A stretch of DNA of 64,000 nucleotides from an uncultured Thermoleophilia bacterium (GCA_963715985.1 CAVQSP010000010.1:243679-307678); one strand, 5' to 3'; positions 54,690-63,734 are shown, counted from the stretch's first letter. Program-made: numbers and translations. The notes: generated by a model from the sequence alone, not told the origin.

Positions 54690-55226
54690 ATGAAGAGGTC
54701 GGCAGGATCCCACCTACGCGCAGCCATCGCCGTCGCACTCTCGCCACTGCCGCTGGTCGCGACGCTCGGGCTCACCGCGTGCGGGGGCTCGAGCACGACT
54801 GAGTCGACCTCGCCTCGCGCGAACACTGCGCTGGCCGCGGGTGAGGCCATCTTCCGAGCGGGCGTCTTTGACGGCCGGCCGATTCCCCGCTCGGACGGCA
54901 GCGCCGGCGGGATGATGGGGGGCGGCGGCATGGGAGGCGATATGATGGCCGGCGGCTGCGCGACTTGCCACGGCCCCGATGGGCGCGGTCGCACCACTTC
55001 GTCCTTCTCGGCTCCCAACATCGCGTACACGAACCTGACAGACCGCGCGGGCATGCTGATGCCTGACGGCACGCGCGGACCGGCCTACACCGACGCCTCC
55101 ATTCGCAGCGCCGTGGTCCAAAGCACAGACCCCAAGGGCGACAAGCTCGCCCGACCGATGCCTCAGTGGCGGCTCTCCGACGAGGAGTGGGGCGCCCTCC
55201 TCACGTACCTGAAGACGCTCAGGTGA
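54690..55226 (+). CDS. Monoheme cytochrome c lipoprotein
   Basis: LTAC lipobox, CATCH heme motif, MP axial-ligand motif. Confidence 0.8.
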   Translation: MKRSAGSHLRAAIAVALSPLPLVATLGLTACGGSSTTESTSPRANTALAAGEAIFRAGVFDGRPIPRSDGSAGGMMGGGGMGGDMMAGGCATCHGPDGRGRTTSSFSAPNIAYTNLTDRAGMLMPDGTRGPAYTDASIRSAVVQSTDPKGDKLARPMPQWRLSDEEWGALLTYLKTLR

Positions 55227-55353
55227 CGGTCCAGCTGCAGGCCGTGATCACGTTGGCCGGACAGCAGGGGCCGGGAGCGCGAACTGGTTCGCAACGTTGA
55301 AGGGTGGGCATACGGGAAGCATCGCTCGCCTGCGTCTCAGCGGAGGTTGACTT

Positions 55354-55686
55354 ATAGATCCCGGTGAGCCAGAGCCCTACGAACCGGAGACTGCGCAATC
55401 GGCGAGTCGACCGGTCGTCGTCACCGCGGCTGAGACAGGCGGTCAGCGTCTCGCCCGGGGCGCGCATCGGACGCTGCTCTATGCCTACGTCGTTGCGGCG
55501 GTCGTCCTCCTCGTCATCCTGATCGCGCTGATCGTTGCGAACACCGGCGCCGTCACGGTGGGCTGGGTGTTCGGCAGTTCGTCCGTCTCTCTGGTGTGGC
55601 CGGTGATGGGCGCCGCCATCCTCGGCCTGTTCTTGGGCATGATCATCGGTGCGCTGTTGCGTCATCGGACGCGGCGGCCGCGCTAG
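55354..55686 (+). CDS. LapA (DUF1049)-like small membrane protein with ATA start (absent from ORF track)
   Basis: GGAGG-7nt-ATA; two TMs around ANTGAVTVGWVFG; basic C-terminus. Confidence 0.55.
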   Translation: MDPGEPEPYEPETAQSASRPVVVTAAETGGQRLARGAHRTLLYAYVVAAVVLLVILIALIVANTGAVTVGWVFGSSSVSLVWPVMGAAILGLFLGMIIGALLRHRTRRPR

Positions 55687-55756
55687 GCCTGTGGGGCGCG
55701 GCCGCGAGGAGGAGAAGCCCCGTTGCAGGGCAGAGGCATCCTTGGGAGACCCTGCC

Positions 55757-55917
55757 CTGCGAGCCCTCCGCGAGACCCCCGAAACGGTCGTCTGCAACCA
55801 TTCGTTGCAGCCCAAATCCGTGCGTCTGCATGTGTGCGTTTGGATGGGACGCGATGGTGCCGTCTGGGACTGGGTGGGACAGTGGTGGTCGGCTGGCGAG
55901 CTCGGCTGACCTCCGCT
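55757..55917 (+). repeat. Boundary repeat A3 (no tRNA half)
   Basis: cctgcgagccctccg...ctgcaacc...cccaaatccgtgcg...ggctggcgagctcggctgac shared with A2/A4. Confidence 0.75.
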
Positions 55918-56098
55918 TTCGGGGTATGGGCACGTGGAGCATCGTCAGCCCCCGACAGGGCATTCCAGGAGGCACCAGCACGAGATCGCGGCTGCCCCGC
56001 ACCCGTTCACGACCCCGCCCCCGCGGCTCAGGCTGCAAGGGCTCCCCGCTTGCAGGTAGTCTCTACGCAGTCGACGCAATCGCACAAGGAGATCGAAG

Positions 56099-56845
56099 GT
56101 GGCCCTGCTCCTCGACCCCGTGAACCTGCTCGCCCTGCTGACCCTGACGCTCCTCGAGATCGTCCTCGGGATCGACAACGTCATCTTCATTGCCATCATC
56201 ACCAACGCGCTGCCCAAGGAGAAGCGCGGTCTGGCGCGCCGGCTGGGCCTCGGTCTCGCACTCGGCGGCCGGGTCGCCATGGTCCTCGGCGTCTCGTGGT
56301 TGCTCTCGCTCGAGCATCCGCTGTTCAGCGTCTTCGGCCGCGAGATAGGCGTGAGCGATCTCATCCTCATCGCGGGCGGCTTCTTCCTGCTCTACAAGTC
56401 CGTGCGCGAGATCTTCAACACCACCGAGCTCCGCGAGTCGGAGCAGACCGAGGTGCGCCGACGCACGTCGCTGGTCGCCGTGATCCTGCAGATCGTGGTC
56501 ATCGACATGATCTTCGCCATCGACTCCGTGCTCACGGCGGTCGGCATGACCGGCGAGGTCATCCTCATCATCATCGCCATCGCCATCGCCATCGCCGTGA
56601 TGATGTTCTACGCCGGCCCCGTGGCCGAGTTCATCAACGGGCACGTCAGCGTCAAGCTGCTGGCGCTCGCGTTCCTCGTGCTCATCGCCGTGATGCTCAT
56701 CCTCGAGGGCGTCGGCGAGCCCGTCGACCGCACGATCGTCTACGTCGCCATCCTCTTCGCCGTCGGCGTCGAATACCTGAACTACCGGCGCCGCCGCAAC
56801 CTCGAACGCCGCGGCGGCGTGATCCCCGGCCAGGAAGGGGTCTGA
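56099..56845 (+). CDS. TerC family membrane protein
   Basis: LEIVLGIDN, IDMIFAIDSVLTAVG. Confidence 0.9.
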   Translation: MALLLDPVNLLALLTLTLLEIVLGIDNVIFIAIITNALPKEKRGLARRLGLGLALGGRVAMVLGVSWLLSLEHPLFSVFGREIGVSDLILIAGGFFLLYKSVREIFNTTELRESEQTEVRRRTSLVAVILQIVVIDMIFAIDSVLTAVGMTGEVILIIIAIAIAIAVMMFYAGPVAEFINGHVSVKLLALAFLVLIAVMLILEGVGEPVDRTIVYVAILFAVGVEYLNYRRRRNLERRGGVIPGQEGV

Positions 56846-56913
56846 GCGGGTGACTGTCGCCGCTGTCCGGCTGAGGATCGAAGCGACGCGATCGACCGAT
56901 TCCCCGACCACGC

Positions 56914-57062
56914 CGCTCATGCAGGGGACCCGCGCGTACTACTGAGAGTCGTCGCACCCGAAGCGTGTTCGGGAGTGCCTGCGGGGGTCTCGGCCCAGCG
57001 TGATCTGTGCGACGGAATTGACAGAACCGACGATCCGGCCCAGATCTGTCGGCGCTGTCGAT
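56914..57062. repeat. Boundary repeat B2 ending in imperfect hairpin
   Basis: gacagaaccgac-gat...atc-t-gtcggcgctgtc; colinear with B1. Confidence 0.75.
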
Positions 57063-57413
57063 CGCGGGACCGACTGGCCAGCGCCACCCCTGGCCCCCGC
57101 CGGTCTTCTCAGCGGCGAGAGCGACGACCCGTTCGAGCCCATCGGTCGTGTGTGGAGCTCGGGCGTACCTCCAGGAGCTGCGGCACCCTGACCGCGTCCC
57201 GACCTGCCCGAGCCGATGCCGGTGTCGCATCGATCTCTCGCCGGCGTCCTCCCGCGCGTCGGCGTCCTCGTGGTTCGGCGCCTCCGCGGCAAGGTGCTAA
57301 ATGCGGACGATCGCGGAACGATACGGAATGACCGCAGGGGGCGTGCGCCAGCGTCGTCACCGCGAGTCAGGGATGCTCTCGCGGGCATACGGGTTCCTCG
57401 AGGGAGGCGCATC

Positions 57414-57989
57414 ATGAGCGTTGTTGACGAAGCGACGGAAACGCAGATCCAGAACATTCAGACACGCACGGGGAAGACGCTCGACGAGCTGTTCGACCTC
57501 ATCCGTGAGAGCGGCCTGATCAAGCACGGCGAGATCCGGGAGATGCTCAAGCGTGACCTCAACATGGGTCACGGCGACGCCAACGCGCTCGCCGCCGCGT
57601 TCCTGAAGTCCGTTGGTCAGAGTGCCACTCCAGCCGCGGGAGTGGCGACGGAAGACGCCGTCGGTGCGATCTACGCCGGTGCCAAGGGCGAACTGCGGCC
57701 GATCCACGAGAAGCTGATGGCGGCCATCGCGGCGCTGGGGCCGTTTGAGATCGCGCCGAAGAAGGCGTACGTCAGCCTGCGCCGCAAGAAGCAGTTCGCC
57801 ACTGTCGGGCCGGCGACGAAGACGCGGGTCGACGTAGGACTCAACATGAAGGGTGTCCCAGCTACAGAGCGCCTGATCGAACTGCCGCCCGGCGGCATGT
57901 GCCAGTACAGAGTCAGCCTGACCGAGGTCAGCGAGGTTGACCAGGAGGTGATGGGTTGGGTCCGGTCAGCCTACGAGGGCGTGGGCTGA
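57414..57989 (+). CDS. DUF4287/DUF5655-type protein
   Basis: NIQTRTGK, KHGE, GHGDAN; PKKAYVSLRRKKQF. Confidence 0.75.
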   Translation: MSVVDEATETQIQNIQTRTGKTLDELFDLIRESGLIKHGEIREMLKRDLNMGHGDANALAAAFLKSVGQSATPAAGVATEDAVGAIYAGAKGELRPIHEKLMAAIAALGPFEIAPKKAYVSLRRKKQFATVGPATKTRVDVGLNMKGVPATERLIELPPGGMCQYRVSLTEVSEVDQEVMGWVRSAYEGVG

Positions 57990-58080
57990 GCCGGGAAACG
58001 CGGCACCTGATTGCGATGAGCCCGCGGAGTTGGATGAAGTCGCGCGTCAGCGCGACCGCACCCATCGAACGCCCCGAACC

Positions 58081-58123
58081 GGCACGGCGGAGGTCAGCGG
58101 TTCGAACCCGCTGAGGTCCACCA
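58081..58123 (+). pseudogene. 3' half of tRNA-Ala, variant 2
   Basis: ggcac-ggcgg-aggtc-agcgg-ttcgaac-ccgct-gaggtcc-acca. Confidence 0.88.
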
Positions 58124-58145
58124 CACACTCGCGGGTAAGTCGCGT

Positions 58146-58306
58146 CCTGCGAGCCCTCCGGAAGACCCCTGGAATGGCCGCCGACAACCCGCTGACAAAC
58201 AGACTGAGTGCAACCCAAGTCCGTGCGTCTTGATGGGCCTTGCTGGCGTCGCCTGGGACTGGATGGGACGGTAGCGGCCGGCTGGCGAGCTCGGCTGACG
58301 TCCGCT
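58146..58306 (+). repeat. Boundary repeat A4
   Basis: Homologous to A3; gtgcaacccaagtccgtgcg. Confidence 0.75.
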
Positions 58307-58476
58307 CTCGCACCACAGCCGAGCACGCGTCAGCACCCAATGGCTGCAGCCCATCTCGGCCTCCAACGCACCGGAACGAGCGGGCTTCGCAGTAGACTCG
58401 TCTCGAGCAGCTCCGAGGGGGTCGGTCGGATGCAGCCGCTGGAGCCAGGGGACGGGCAACACAACGGGCGACGCAG

Positions 58477-58582
58477 ATGATCGCCTGCCCCAGCTGCGGC
58501 TTCGAGGCTGCCGACGATGCCGCCTTCTGCTCCAAGTGTGGAGCGAGGCTCGCGAGCCCTCCTTCTGCGCACGAGGTGGAGT
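58477..58582 (+). pseudogene. N-terminal stub of a second Zn-ribbon cyclase-STAND gene truncated by IS3
   Basis: MIACPSCGFEAADDAAFCSKCG; upstream region homologous to 46440-46540. Confidence 0.75.
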
Positions 58583-58615
58583 TGGAGTTGCCCCGCTTCT
58601 GTGGACAGGTCAGGG

Positions 58616-59507
58616 CTACGCAGTCGTAGCCTCCAGCGGGGCGGTGGCGAGCATCTTCTCGTAGTCGGCAGGGCTCATCTGGCCGAGCGCCGAGTGGCGC
58701 CTGCGTGGATTGTAGAACGCCTCGATGTAGCTGAAGATCACGGTCCGCGCCTCGTCCTTGGTCTTGAAGCGCCGACGGTTGATGAGCTCGGTCTTGATCG
58801 AGGCCATGAAGCTCTCCATGGCGGCGTTGTCATAGGCGTCGCCGCGCGAGCCCATGGAGGGCAGCAGGCCGCTGTCCGCGAGCAGCTTGCCGAAGACGAG
58901 GCTGCGATACTGGCTGCCGCGGTCCGAATGGTGGATGAGGTCTGCATCCGGCCTACGTCGCGTCACGGCCATGCCAAGGGCGTCGTAGACGAGGTCGGCC
59001 CTCAGGTCGTCGCGCATCGACCAGCCCACGGAAGTAGCGGCTGCAGGCGTCGACCACGGCCGACAGGTAGAGCCAGCCCTGCCAGGTGGGCACGTGGGTG
59101 ATGTCGGCGAACCAGAGCGCGTTGGGCCTCTCGGCGCTGAAGTCGCGCTGCACGAGGTCGGGGGCCGCCGGGGCTTCGCCGCCGGGGCTCGTCGTGCCCA
59201 CACGGTAGCGCCGCCGCGAGACGCCCTCGAGGCCGGCCGCGCGCATGAGGCGGGCGACGCGCTTTCTGCCCACGTGCACGTCGTGTGCGTCCGCCAGCTC
59301 GGCATGGATGCGCGGGGCCCCGTAGATGCCGTCGGTCTCGTCGTGGATGGCCTGGATCCGCTCCGTGAGCGCAGCGTCGCTCCTGGCCCGATGCGAAGGC
59401 GGCCGCCTCTGCCAGGCGTAGAAGCCCGCGCGGCTCACACCGAGCACGCGGGCAAGACGGGAGACCGGATGGTGTGGCTTCTCTTCGGCGATCAGGCGAT
59501 AGCTCAT
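58616..59507 (-). CDS. IS3 OrfB (rve integrase core); indel near 59030
   Basis: YGAPRI, WFADIT, HHSDRGSQY, DNAAMESF, YNPRRRHS. Confidence 0.9.
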
Positions 59508-59800
59508 CGCGACGGATCGCTCTCCCGGGCGAAGAAAGCCGCGGCCTTCTTGAGGATCTCGCGCTCCTCACGCAGGACCCGGTTCTCGCGACGCAGACGG
59601 CGCAGCTCGTCGCGCTCGTCCGTGGTCAGGCCGGGGGCCTCGCGGGCGTCGACCTTCGCCTGCTGCACCCAGTGGCGCAGGCTCTCCGTCGAGCAGCCGA
59701 GGTCGGCAGCGATCTCCGACAGGCGCAGGCCGCTGGTGCGCGCCAAGCGCACCGCTTCAGCACGGAACTCCGGCGTGTAGGGGGGCTTGGTCTTCCCCAT
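59504..59800 (-). CDS. IS3 OrfA
   Basis: YTPEFRAEAV, ELRRLRREN, ILKKAAAFF. Confidence 0.9.
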   Translation of the reverse strand: MGKTKPPYTPEFRAEAVRLARTSGLRLSEIAADLGCSTESLRHWVQQAKVDAREAPGLTTDERDELRRLRRENRVLREEREILKKAAAFFARESDPSR

Positions 59801-59866
59801 GTGAACTCCTTTCGCGGGAGCTTGCGCTCCCTATCGTCAGGTGTCCACGAAACCGGGGCAACTCCA

Positions 59867-60202
59867 GGCAAGCACGAGCTCCCAGACGACGGGAAGCAGC
59901 TTCGCGTCGTCAGCCCGGGCTCCGAAATCGCATGCCCAGAGATCGTGGAAGCGCTTCTCTGCAAGTGCGTCGACGACGCCGCGATGCACCGTGTACGCGT
60001 GCTGAAGGAGGAAGCTGGAGCCGCGGTACATACCCCAGCTCGCGAGGTAGAAGCCTAGCTGCAGCGCTGCCTGGTCACGGTCAGCGGCTAGCCCCCCAGG
60101 TGTCGTGCGCTGGAAGTACCCGTAGCAGTGCTCCCAGGAGCGGTAGCGGTGGTGCTCCCCGGCGACGCCGAGATAGGCGCAGATCTCACGCTCAATGGTC
60201 AT
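59867..60202 (-). pseudogene. Hypothetical protein truncated by IS3
   Basis: RYRSWEHCY, LGFYLASWGMYRGSSFLL; frame runs into the IS end. Confidence 0.65.
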
Positions 60203-61145
60203 GGTGGGCGTCAGAGGGGCTCGGCGCATCGACGGGGAGCGGGCCGAAGAGCTCCCCGACCGTGCTCGCGGACAGGAGCCTCGCAAGGTTCGTGTAGCGT
60301 GGCCCCTGCATGGTGCCTGGGGTGGCGTCGCCGTAGGGAATTGGCGCGATCCCCTGTGCCGGCTCGGCGAAGATGAGCTTGTACTTGCCCGCGTCGCCGT
60401 AGGGCTCAATGCGCTCGACGGGTGCGTAGTGCGTGATCGCCGACACGGGTGCGGTGCGATATGCGGCGATGAACTTGATGCGCTGCAGCATGCCGCCGCT
60501 GATGCGGATCGCGTACCAACAGCCCTCGCCGATGAAGACCTCCTGGAAGCCCTCCTCCTGTGCCGGCACCACGATCGTGTCACGCTCGTCCGTCCCGGGT
60601 TGGGGGACAGGGACGTCAACGGTCACCACTGGCGCAGGCTTCTCGAACACGCGCACGCCGAGGAGGGGGAGGATGCGCAGCATCTCGTCCAAGAACCCCT
60701 TGGTGTCAGCGCGCTCCCACTCTGAGAGGCTCGGCTCCTTGGGGTGCGTCGCGTTGTCGAGGTGACACTGCTCCGCCTTGTGCGCCAGGTCGATGAGCGC
60801 GTGCTCCAGCCAGGTCGTGTGGGCGCGATTGAGCGCCGTCCCCTTGGAGACGAACGCGTAGCCCCAATCCCAGAAGTCCTTGTTCGCGTAGTGCGAGTCG
60901 AGGCGCGTACGGATCTCGTCGCCCTGTCCGACGTAGACAGTGGGCAGATCATCAGCTGCGCCCTCGCCCGGGCCGCTGAGGATGTAGACGCCAGGCGTGC
61001 CGAACTCCTTGCGCTTGCTGATGCTCGGCCACAAGGAACGAGGAAAGGCGATGCCCCAGCCGGTCCAGTTCTGCCGATCGACGATCTTCACGCCGTCGGG
61101 GTCGCCGTCGACGACGAAGATATGAATGGTATATGGCTCAGCCAT
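60192..61145 (-). CDS. GIY-YIG nuclease with accessory C-terminal domain
   Basis: PGVYIL...VYVGQG, RLDSH, LE, N motifs. Confidence 0.8.
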   Translation of the reverse strand: MAEPYTIHIFVVDGDPDGVKIVDRQNWTGWGIAFPRSLWPSISKRKEFGTPGVYILSGPGEGAADDLPTVYVGQGDEIRTRLDSHYANKDFWDWGYAFVSKGTALNRAHTTWLEHALIDLAHKAEQCHLDNATHPKEPSLSEWERADTKGFLDEMLRILPLLGVRVFEKPAPVVTVDVPVPQPGTDERDTIVVPAQEEGFQEVFIGEGCWYAIRISGGMLQRIKFIAAYRTAPVSAITHYAPVERIEPYGDAGKYKLIFAEPAQGIAPIPYGDATPGTMQGPRYTNLARLLSASTVGELFGPLPVDAPSPSDAHHDH

Positions 61146-61340
61146 CAGGACCCCCAGACTCCACAGCCGCGCGCACCGAGCAGGCAGACTGTTCTTGGGG
61201 CGACGGTATCACCCTTGGGGGACGGCGGGGAGGAACTGATGGCACCGCCGACTCAGCTGCGACCGAGGCGACGAAGGCGACCGAGCTCGGGTTGCGGATC
61301 GCCTTCGTCCTCAACGTCTTCACGGTCTTCATGGCTCCGT

Positions 61341-61359
61341 CTGCAACCCGTCCGCAACC
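61341..61359 (+). repeat. Boundary repeat A5
   Basis: ctgcaacc-cgt-ccgcaacc. Confidence 0.75.
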
Positions 61360-61426
61360 CGCGGGGCCGGGGCTTAAAAACTCCTTATTTTACCCTTTAT
61401 CCTCGGCTTATACTTGTCCCCTTCGT

Positions 61427-61458
61427 GGGCCGCTAGCTCAGTTGGGAGAGCGCCGCCT
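61427..61458 (+). pseudogene. 5' half of tRNA-Ala with own -10 (TATACT 61409-61414)
   Basis: gggccgc-ta-gctc-agttggga-gagc-g-ccgcc-t, breaking in the anticodon loop. Confidence 0.88.
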
Positions 61459-61489
61459 CACAGCCGTCCCTGGACGCCATCATCACTCC

Positions 61490-61852
61490 ATGAAGTCGCG
61501 GAACGTCATACTGGCTCTGCTGGGCGTGGCGGTGCTGGTCGGCGCGAGTCACTACGCCGGACCTGGAGAGCAGTTGGTGCACGCCTACGCGGGCAACGTC
61601 GCCGTCTCCTTCGCCCTGTACTTCGCGACGCTCTCGGCGACGCAGCGCTGGCCACGTTCTCGACTTGGCGCAGCGCTCATCACGCTGTTCGCCGTCACGC
61701 TCTTCGAGATTAGCGACGGGTTCGGCGTCATGGACAACGTGTTCGACCAGTGGGACTTCGTCGCGAACGGCGCCGGCCTAGCCCTCGCGGTCATCACAGA
61801 CGTTGCCACCGCCAGGCCCACTGAGGGGCCGGGAGCGCCGGGGACTCCATAG
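61490..61852 (+). CDS. Small membrane protein (120 aa; VanZ-like DxWD motif)
   Basis: About four hydrophobic segments; FDQWDFVANGAG. Confidence 0.6.
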   Translation: MKSRNVILALLGVAVLVGASHYAGPGEQLVHAYAGNVAVSFALYFATLSATQRWPRSRLGAALITLFAVTLFEISDGFGVMDNVFDQWDFVANGAGLALAVITDVATARPTEGPGAPGTP

Positions 61853-61910
61853 ACTCGGCGGAACGTCTGCTCGGCCTCGTGGAGAACGCTGAAGGTCTTC
61901 ACGGCCGCAT

Positions 61911-61929
61911 CTGCAACCATTCTGCAACC
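61911..61929 (+). repeat. Boundary repeat A6
   Basis: ctgcaacc-att-ctgcaacc, identical to the A1 core. Confidence 0.8.
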
Positions 61930-62000
61930 GAGATGCTCGTGACTGGATAGACCTTGGACGGGTCTTCCCTGATGTCCCGGGGTATACTTGACCGCTTCGT

Positions 62001-62043
62001 GGGCCGCTAGCTCAGTTGGGAGAGCGCCGCCTTTGCACGACGG
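62001..62043 (+). pseudogene. 5' half of tRNA-Ala(TGC) with own -10 (TATACT 61983-61988)
   Basis: gggccgctagctcagttgggagagcgccgcc-tttgcac-gacgg, then no T arm. Confidence 0.88.
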
Positions 62044-62295
62044 CTCCAGCGACGAGCCACCCCCCAAGACGCAAGAGACGAAGCGACGCACCGGGCGGAC
62101 CGGCGCAACTGGACTCCCGCATAGACGATCCCTGCAGGCACCCTCGCCCTGCTCGTCGTGGAGTGCGCACCCGCACCGATTCGGTCTGAGGAGCACTCGA
62201 CGAGAGAAACCGCCGGGCGACCGTGAGGTCGCCGGGCCGTTTCTTCGTCCTGTGCCGCGTCCAGGCGAGTGCCGGGCAGCCGGGCTCGCCGGCCG

Positions 62296-62746
62296 TCACT
62301 GGCGGTCGAGTTGCAGGAGCGGATAGCCCGCTGCCTCCCAGGCCTCGAAGCCGCCGTCGAGGTTGGAGATGTTGGTGTAGCCGGCCTCGACCCACGCCTG
62401 CGCGGTGAACCGGCTGATGCGGTCGCTGCGGCAGTAGACGACTATCTCCGCCGCCTTGTCCTGCGGCAGTTCGCCGACGAGCTCGACGGCCTCGTCGTAC
62501 GGAAGGAAGAGGTCGGTCCGCTCGATCTCCCCGGCGTAGGGGATGTGCGTGTTGATCAGCACGAAGTCCTTCTGCTTCAAGCATGTCGGCCAGCTGGGCC
62601 GGCTCGATGTCGGTGTAGCTGGCCGGCGACGAGCCCACCGAGGATCCGGAGGCGTCTCCCTGGGCCCCGCCGCATCCGGCCAGCAGCGCGACCACCGCGA
62701 AGGACACGGCGAGCATCGCCAGCCGCCCGCGCGCTCCGCGGGACAC
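62296..62746 (-). CDS. Rhodanese-domain lipoprotein; frameshift near 62580
   Basis: LAGC lipobox; VVYCRS, NLDGGFEAW. Confidence 0.75.
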
Positions 62747-62916
62747 CAGTTACCACCGACTCTGCCGAGTGGGTGCGGTCGGCTCCGCGACCTTCACGTC
62801 GCGCTGCCTTCGCCTGTAGGGCGGGCTCTTACGTCACCGCTCATACGTCTTACGTCCGGACCTTGATCTTGCCCCACAGAACCGGGGCCGGCGCGCCGTG
62901 CGCGTGAACGCCGGCG

Positions 62917-63337
62917 TCAGTTCATCAGGGAGAACAGGTGGGGACTGCCGTCGATCGCCACGCAGTGAACGAACTTGCCGACCAGCGAAGGATCGTTCGA
63001 CTTCGTGATCGGCCCTCCGAAGTGGACTTCCGTCGCGGAGTGGGCGTGGATGTGTTCCACCGACGCCGTGAACGCCAGGCCGTTCTGGATCTCCAGTTGC
63101 AGGCCCCGTTCGCCGGCTGGTGCTCCTCGCCAGGGGCAGCGGGTCCATCGCACGGGCCTCGAACGCCGTCGCCGCCGTGCTTCCCCCATAGTCGAACCCG
63201 ACCTCACCTTTGACAGACACTCGCGGATAGCTGGCCGGATCGGCGCTCGCCGCCGGGGCGAACGCAGTCGCTGCCAGCAGAAGAGCGAGAGCGAACGCCA
63301 GGGCTGCCACGGGCAGCAGTCTCTGCTTGGTGGCCAT
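62917..63337 (-). CDS. Secreted hypothetical protein; frameshifted
   Basis: GAGGAGG RBS; signal peptide ending ASA. Confidence 0.5.
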
Positions 63338-63685
63338 GAGAACCTCCTCGAATGACGCATCGTGAGATGATGTGTCTTGACGGGCAGCTGCCCGCTGCAG
63401 TCATGTGCCCGAAGATCGGTGTGCCCAATCGCTCTAAACCGCGCCGGGGCGAGGTGTTCGTCTTGACGGCGGCGTGCTGCCGCCCTTCCGCTTCCGTCTT
63501 CCAGAGGCCCACGATCGCAGCCGCGTCGGGTGTTCCCAGGTCGACGACGCGACCAGGAAGACGCCTGTGGGGAGGACGAGACGCACGGCTTCACCCACAC
63601 GGCGACCGTGATGCACGCGGGAGCATCAGATGCGGTTGGGCGCCGCTGATCGCATGCTCGGTCGCGCGCAGGCCACGCGGCGCTC

Positions 63686-63734
63686 TACTTGTCCCCTTCG
63701 CGTGCCGCCAGCTAGCTCAGCTGGGAGAGCGCCG
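63686..63734 (+). pseudogene. Degenerate third tRNA-Ala 5' half with leader
   Basis: tacttgtccccttcg...gctagctcagctgggagagcgccg matches 61411-61454. Confidence 0.75.

Larger units (their letters stand above)
58583..59866 (-). mobile_element. IS3-family insertion sequence
   Basis: 25-bp IRs tggagttgccccgcttctgtggaca / tgtccacgaaaccggggcaactcca; no target duplication. Confidence 0.92.

Noticed and set aside
54619-54690. Cobalamin riboswitch (GCCACTG...GGGAAG)
   Set aside because: The upstream core and the downstream B12 box are not recognisable
51491-63734. Archaeal-style trans-spliced split tRNA genes ligated by RtcB
   Set aside because: No convincing complementary leaders directly flank the halves, the break points differ between copies, and the 3' halves lack obvious promoters; att-type remnants are more parsimonious
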